Source: Oscillospiraceae bacterium
GTDB taxonomy: Bacteria; Bacillota; Clostridia; Oscillospirales; Oscillospiraceae
Length of the DNA stretch: 64,000 nucleotides
Assembly: GCA_017508045.1 (NCBI GenBank)
Contig: JAFVZT010000031.1
Span: forward strand, 8,305 to 72,304
Direction: 5' to 3'
The notes under the pieces were generated by a model. The model saw only the letters and a program-made list of their open reading frames with translations. It did not search any database and was not told the DNA's origin. A program made the position numbers and the translations under genes. Numbering within the stretch: the first letter of the stretch is position 1; each line of letters opens with the position of its first letter. Below are positions 60,349 to 64,000 of the stretch, in pieces.

Positions 60349-62988
60349 ATGTCCAGAGAATTGCCAAAGGTATATGAGCCACAGCAGGTGGAAAATAAGA
60401 TCTATGAAATGTGGGAAACCGGGGGGCATTTTCGTCCGTCTAAGAATAAAGAGGCAAAACCCTTTACTATTGTGATGCCGCCTCCCAATGTTACCGGTCA
60501 GCTTCATATGGGACATGCTATGGACGCAACGCTTCAGGACACTTTGATTCGCTTTAAGCGTATGCAGGGCTACAATGCTCTGTGGATTCCCGGTGTTGAC
60601 CACGCCGGTATCGCAACGCAAATTAAGGTTGAGGAGGAGCTTCGCAAGGAAGGTCTAACCCGATACGATCTGGGCCGTGAGAAATTCTTGGAGCGCGTAT
60701 GGGATTGGAAGAATAAATACGGAAACCGCATTGTTCAGCAACAGAAAAAGCTTGGTGCGTCCTGTGACTGGGAGCGCGCCCGGTTTACTATGGATGAGGG
60801 CTGCTCCAATGCTGTCCGCGAGGTATTCGTCTCCCTATATGAGAAGGGTTTAATTTATAAAGGCAGCCGGATTATCAACTGGTGTCCCAATTGTACTACG
60901 GCTCTTTCCGATGCTGAGGTAGAGTATGTTGATAAGCCCGGTTATTTGTGGCATATCCGCTATCCCTTGACAGACGGCAGTGGTGATGTTGTTGTTGCAA
61001 CAACCAGACCCGAAACTATGTTAGGAGACACCGGTGTCTGCGTCAATCCTAATGACGAGCGTTATACAGCAATTGTAGGCAAGAAGGTTATGCTGCCTCT
61101 TGTTAATAAGGAAATTCCCATAGTAGCTGATGACTATGCTGAAATGGATTTTGGGACCGGCTGTGTTAAAATGACTCCGGCTCATGACCCGAATGACTTT
61201 GAGGTTGGTTTGCGTCATAATTTGGAGGTTATTCGCGTTCTTGATGACAACGGTGTGGTTAACAGCTATGGCGGTAAATACGAGGGCCTTGACCGCTATG
61301 AGGCACGTAAAGCAATCGTTGCTGACCTTGAGGAGCAGGGATACCTTGTTAAGATTGACGAGCACGCCCATAATGTTGGTACTTGCTATCGTTGTCACAA
61401 TGATGTTGAGCCGATTATCTCTGCTCAGTGGTTTGTCAAAATGAAGCCTCTGGCTGAGGAAGCCATCCGCGTAGTAAAAGACGGCGAGACAAAATTTGTT
61501 CCGGACCGGTTTAGTAAAACATATTTGAACTGGATGGAAAATGTTCGCGACTGGTGTATCTCCCGTCAGCTGTGGTGGGGACATCAGATCCCTGCCTGGA
61601 CCTGTGAGGATTGCGGTCATATTACTGTTTCCCGTCAGGATGTCTGCCGGTGCGAAAAGTGCGGAAGCGAAAGGATTGAACGCGACCCTGATGTTTTGGA
61701 CACCTGGTTCTCTTCTGCGTTATGGCCCTTTGAGACCTTAGGCTGGCCGGATAAGACCGAGGATTTGAATTATTTCTATCCCACAGATGTTCTGGTTACC
61801 GGCTATGATATTATTTTCTTCTGGGTTGCCAGAATGATTTTCTCCGGCTGTGAGCATACCGGTAAAACGCCTTTCCACACTGTGTTAATTCATGGATTGG
61901 TCCGGGACGATAAGGGACGGAAAATGTCCAAATCTTTGGGCAACGGCATTGATCCGCTTGAGATGATTGAAAAGTACGGCTGTGATGCTCTGCGTATGAA
62001 TATGGTTACCGGAAACTCACCCGGAAACGATATGCGCTTCTATGTAGAACGGTGCGAAGCGATGCGTAACTTTGCGAATAAGCTCTGGAACGCAAGCCGA
62101 TATGTGCTTATGAATCTGAATGAGGATGCGGTCAATCAGCTTCCCGCCAAGGAGAGCCTAACGATTGCTGACAAATGGGTGCTTTCAAAATTAAATACCC
62201 TGATAGCAGAAGTAACGGAAAATCTTGAAAAGTATGAACTTGGCGTTGCTGTCCAAAAGATTTATGACTTCCTGTGGGACACCTACTGTGACTGGTATAT
62301 CGAACTTACAAAGGTACGTCTTTACAGTGAGGACATACAGCAGAAGCAGGGTGCTTTGCAGGTGCTGGTATATGTTCTGGACCAAACTCTGCGGCTTTTG
62401 CATCCGTTTATGCCGTTCATCACGGAAGAAATTTGGCAGAGCTTACCCCACGATGGTGAGGCGCTGATCGTTGCCGAATGGCCTGTATTTAAAGAAGAAC
62501 TGCACTTTAAGGCCGAAGAGGATCAGATGGAAGGCGTTATGAATGCAATTCGTGCAATTCGAAACCGCCGTGCAGAAATGAATGTTCCTCCATCTAAAAA
62601 GGCTGCGCTTTTTGTCCAGACGCAGAAGCCTCAGATTTTTGTTGAGGGTGAAGGCTTTATACAACGCCTTGCTTATGCAGATAAGGTAACAATTCTTAAC
62701 AGTGAGCCGGATAACATCGATAATATGGTATGCTGCACCACTGCTGATGCAAAGCTATATATTCCGATGGGTCAGCTTGTGGACGTAGCCAAGGAATTGG
62801 ACCGTATTCGCAAAGAGCTGGAAAAGGCGAGAAAGAATCTTGCGGGCATTGAGGGCAAGCTTTCCAACGAAAGCTTTATAGCTCGCGCTCCTGAAGCGGT
62901 TGTCAATGCCGAGAAGGAAAAAGCTATACGGGCTCGCGACCTTATTATGCAGCTTGAGCAGAGTGAAGCTGCAATGATGAAATTATAA
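60349..62988 (+). CDS. valS: Valine--tRNA ligase
   Basis: [31 protein letters not shown]-terminal coiled coil. Confidence 0.98.
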   Translation: MSRELPKVYEPQQVENKIYEMWETGGHFRPSKNKEAKPFTIVMPPPNVTGQLHMGHAMDATLQDTLIRFKRMQGYNALWIPGVDHAGIATQIKVEEELRKEGLTRYDLGREKFLERVWDWKNKYGNRIVQQQKKLGASCDWERARFTMDEGCSNAVREVFVSLYEKGLIYKGSRIINWCPNCTTALSDAEVEYVDKPGYLWHIRYPLTDGSGDVVVATTRPETMLGDTGVCVNPNDERYTAIVGKKVMLPLVNKEIPIVADDYAEMDFGTGCVKMTPAHDPNDFEVGLRHNLEVIRVLDDNGVVNSYGGKYEGLDRYEARKAIVADLEEQGYLVKIDEHAHNVGTCYRCHNDVEPIISAQWFVKMKPLAEEAIRVVKDGETKFVPDRFSKTYLNWMENVRDWCISRQLWWGHQIPAWTCEDCGHITVSRQDVCRCEKCGSERIERDPDVLDTWFSSALWPFETLGWPDKTEDLNYFYPTDVLVTGYDIIFFWVARMIFSGCEHTGKTPFHTVLIHGLVRDDKGRKMSKSLGNGIDPLEMIEKYGCDALRMNMVTGNSPGNDMRFYVERCEAMRNFANKLWNASRYVLMNLNEDAVNQLPAKESLTIADKWVLSKLNTLIAEVTENLEKYELGVAVQKIYDFLWDTYCDWYIELTKVRLYSEDIQQKQGALQVLVYVLDQTLRLLHPFMPFITEEIWQSLPHDGEALIVAEWPVFKEELHFKAEEDQMEGVMNAIRAIRNRRAEMNVPPSKKAALFVQTQKPQIFVEGEGFIQRLAYADKVTILNSEPDNIDNMVCCTTADAKLYIPMGQLVDVAKELDRIRKELEKARKNLAGIEGKLSNESFIARAPEAVVNAEKEKAIRARDLIMQLEQSEAAMMKL

Positions 62989-62998
62989 AATTTTTCTA

Positions 62999-63035
62999 GT
63001 AACGCGCAAACAAATTGTTTGCGCGTTATTTTTTT
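62999..63035 (+). terminator. Intrinsic terminator after valS
   Basis: TAACGCGCAAAC / GTTTGCGCGTTA followed by T-run. Confidence 0.8.
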
Positions 63036-63107
63036 GCCCTTATTCCGACTGCATATTCTGTTATAAAAAATTATACTGTTTCTATAATTAGGAAAGGGGA
63101 CTACATT

Positions 63108-63425
63108 ATGCGTTTTACAAGCTTTTTACAGGACAAGCAGTTGACGGTTGCGTTAACAGGGGAAATAGATCATCATTGTGCTAAGGATTATATCAGTTCG
63201 ATTGCTTCAAAGATAGAGGTTTATACACCGCAAACCTGCATTCTGGATTTTCAGGAGGTAACATTTATGGATTCTTCGGGAATTGCGGTTGTTATCAATG
63301 CCCTTAGAAGCATGACTCGTATTAACGGTCAGCTTTTCTTGACAGGATTAAACAAACAGCCCATGAAGGTTTTCCGGGCGTCCGGAATTGATAAATTAGT
63401 TGAAATTAAGGAGGCAGTATCATGA
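63108..63425 (+). CDS. spoIIAA: Anti-sigma-F antagonist
   Basis: STAS domain, GEIDHH, FMDSSG. Confidence 0.93.
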   Translation: MRFTSFLQDKQLTVALTGEIDHHCAKDYISSIASKIEVYTPQTCILDFQEVTFMDSSGIAVVINALRSMTRINGQLFLTGLNKQPMKVFRASGIDKLVEIKEAVS

Positions 63426-63853
63426 AATTTGAAAACTATATGATTTTGGAGTTTCCCAGTAAATCAGCAAACGAATCCTTCGCCAGGGCGGCAGTTGCGT
63501 GTTTTGCGGCACAGCTCGATCCCACTATGGAGGAGCTTGGAGATATTCGTACTGCCGTATCAGAGGCGGTAACAAATTGTATTGTTCACGCCTATCCAAA
63601 CGACATCGGGTTAATCACATTACGTTGTCGGATACTAAAGGATAACACGTTGGACATTGTAATCAAGGATAAGGGTATCGGCATTCCGGATTTGGAGCAG
63701 GCATTAAAACCAATGTTTACAACAGGTGGGTTTGAGCGCAGCGGCATGGGCTTTACCATTATGGAAAGCTTTATGACGAGCTTTTCTGTGACTTCGCAGC
63801 CAGGGAAGGGGACAAGCGTACATATGCGCAGAAAGCTGCAGCGTCGTAAATGA
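63422..63853 (+). CDS. spoIIAB: Anti-sigma-F factor
   Basis: NESFAR, SEAVTNCIVHAY, D.G.GI, ERSGMGFTIME. Confidence 0.96.
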   Translation: MKFENYMILEFPSKSANESFARAAVACFAAQLDPTMEELGDIRTAVSEAVTNCIVHAYPNDIGLITLRCRILKDNTLDIVIKDKGIGIPDLEQALKPMFTTGGFERSGMGFTIMESFMTSFSVTSQPGKGTSVHMRRKLQRRK

Positions 63854-64000
63854 GCAGAACAGAAGAGTTAATTGCTAAATCGAAGGCTGGGGACAAAAAG
63901 GCGGTCGATGCGCTTGTCAGTGAGAATTCCGGCCTCATTTGGTCTGTTGCCCGAAGATTTTTAGGACGTGGTGCGGAAGCAGATGATTTATATCAATTAG
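63850..64000 (+). CDS. sigF: Sporulation sigma factor SigF (5' part; runs off the window)
   Basis: MSRTEELIAKSKAGDKKAVDALVSENSGLIWSVARRFLGRGAEADDLYQL directly after spoIIAB. Confidence 0.9.
   Translation, partial: MSRTEELIAKSKAGDKKAVDALVSENSGLIWSVARRFLGRGAEADDLYQL

Overview
Core-genome segment of a spore-forming Clostridia (probably Oscillospiraceae-like; inferred from gene content). It holds about 60 densely packed genes, one tRNA-Ser(TGA) and two T-box riboswitches (alaS, valS). Functions include translation and repair (alaS, valS, holA, rnmV, mfd, pth, prs, uvrA, nfo, rarA, UDG), peptidoglycan (murC, ddl, FHA-SEDS + bPBP, murT/gatD, VanW, DD-carboxypeptidase), competence (comEC, comEA, radC, DNA-entry-type nuclease) and sporulation (spoIIGA-sigE, spoIIAA-AB-sigF, SipL-like). 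I saw no mobile element, prophage or CRISPR array. Most notable observations: (1) three putative SigE promoters whose own sequence forms the 5' arm of a hairpin that hides the downstream RBS, a possible read-through insulator; (2) a mazF/ndoA with no adjacent antitoxin, preceded by a SigF-like promoter and a UACAU site; (3) three apparent pseudoenzymes: a GatD lacking Cys/His, a VanW lacking Cys/His, and a His-less sensor kinase under tandem Spo0A-like boxes; (4) a 60-bp x4 His/Cys repeat in a CobW GTPase. All calls come from reading the sequence by eye; no searches were run.
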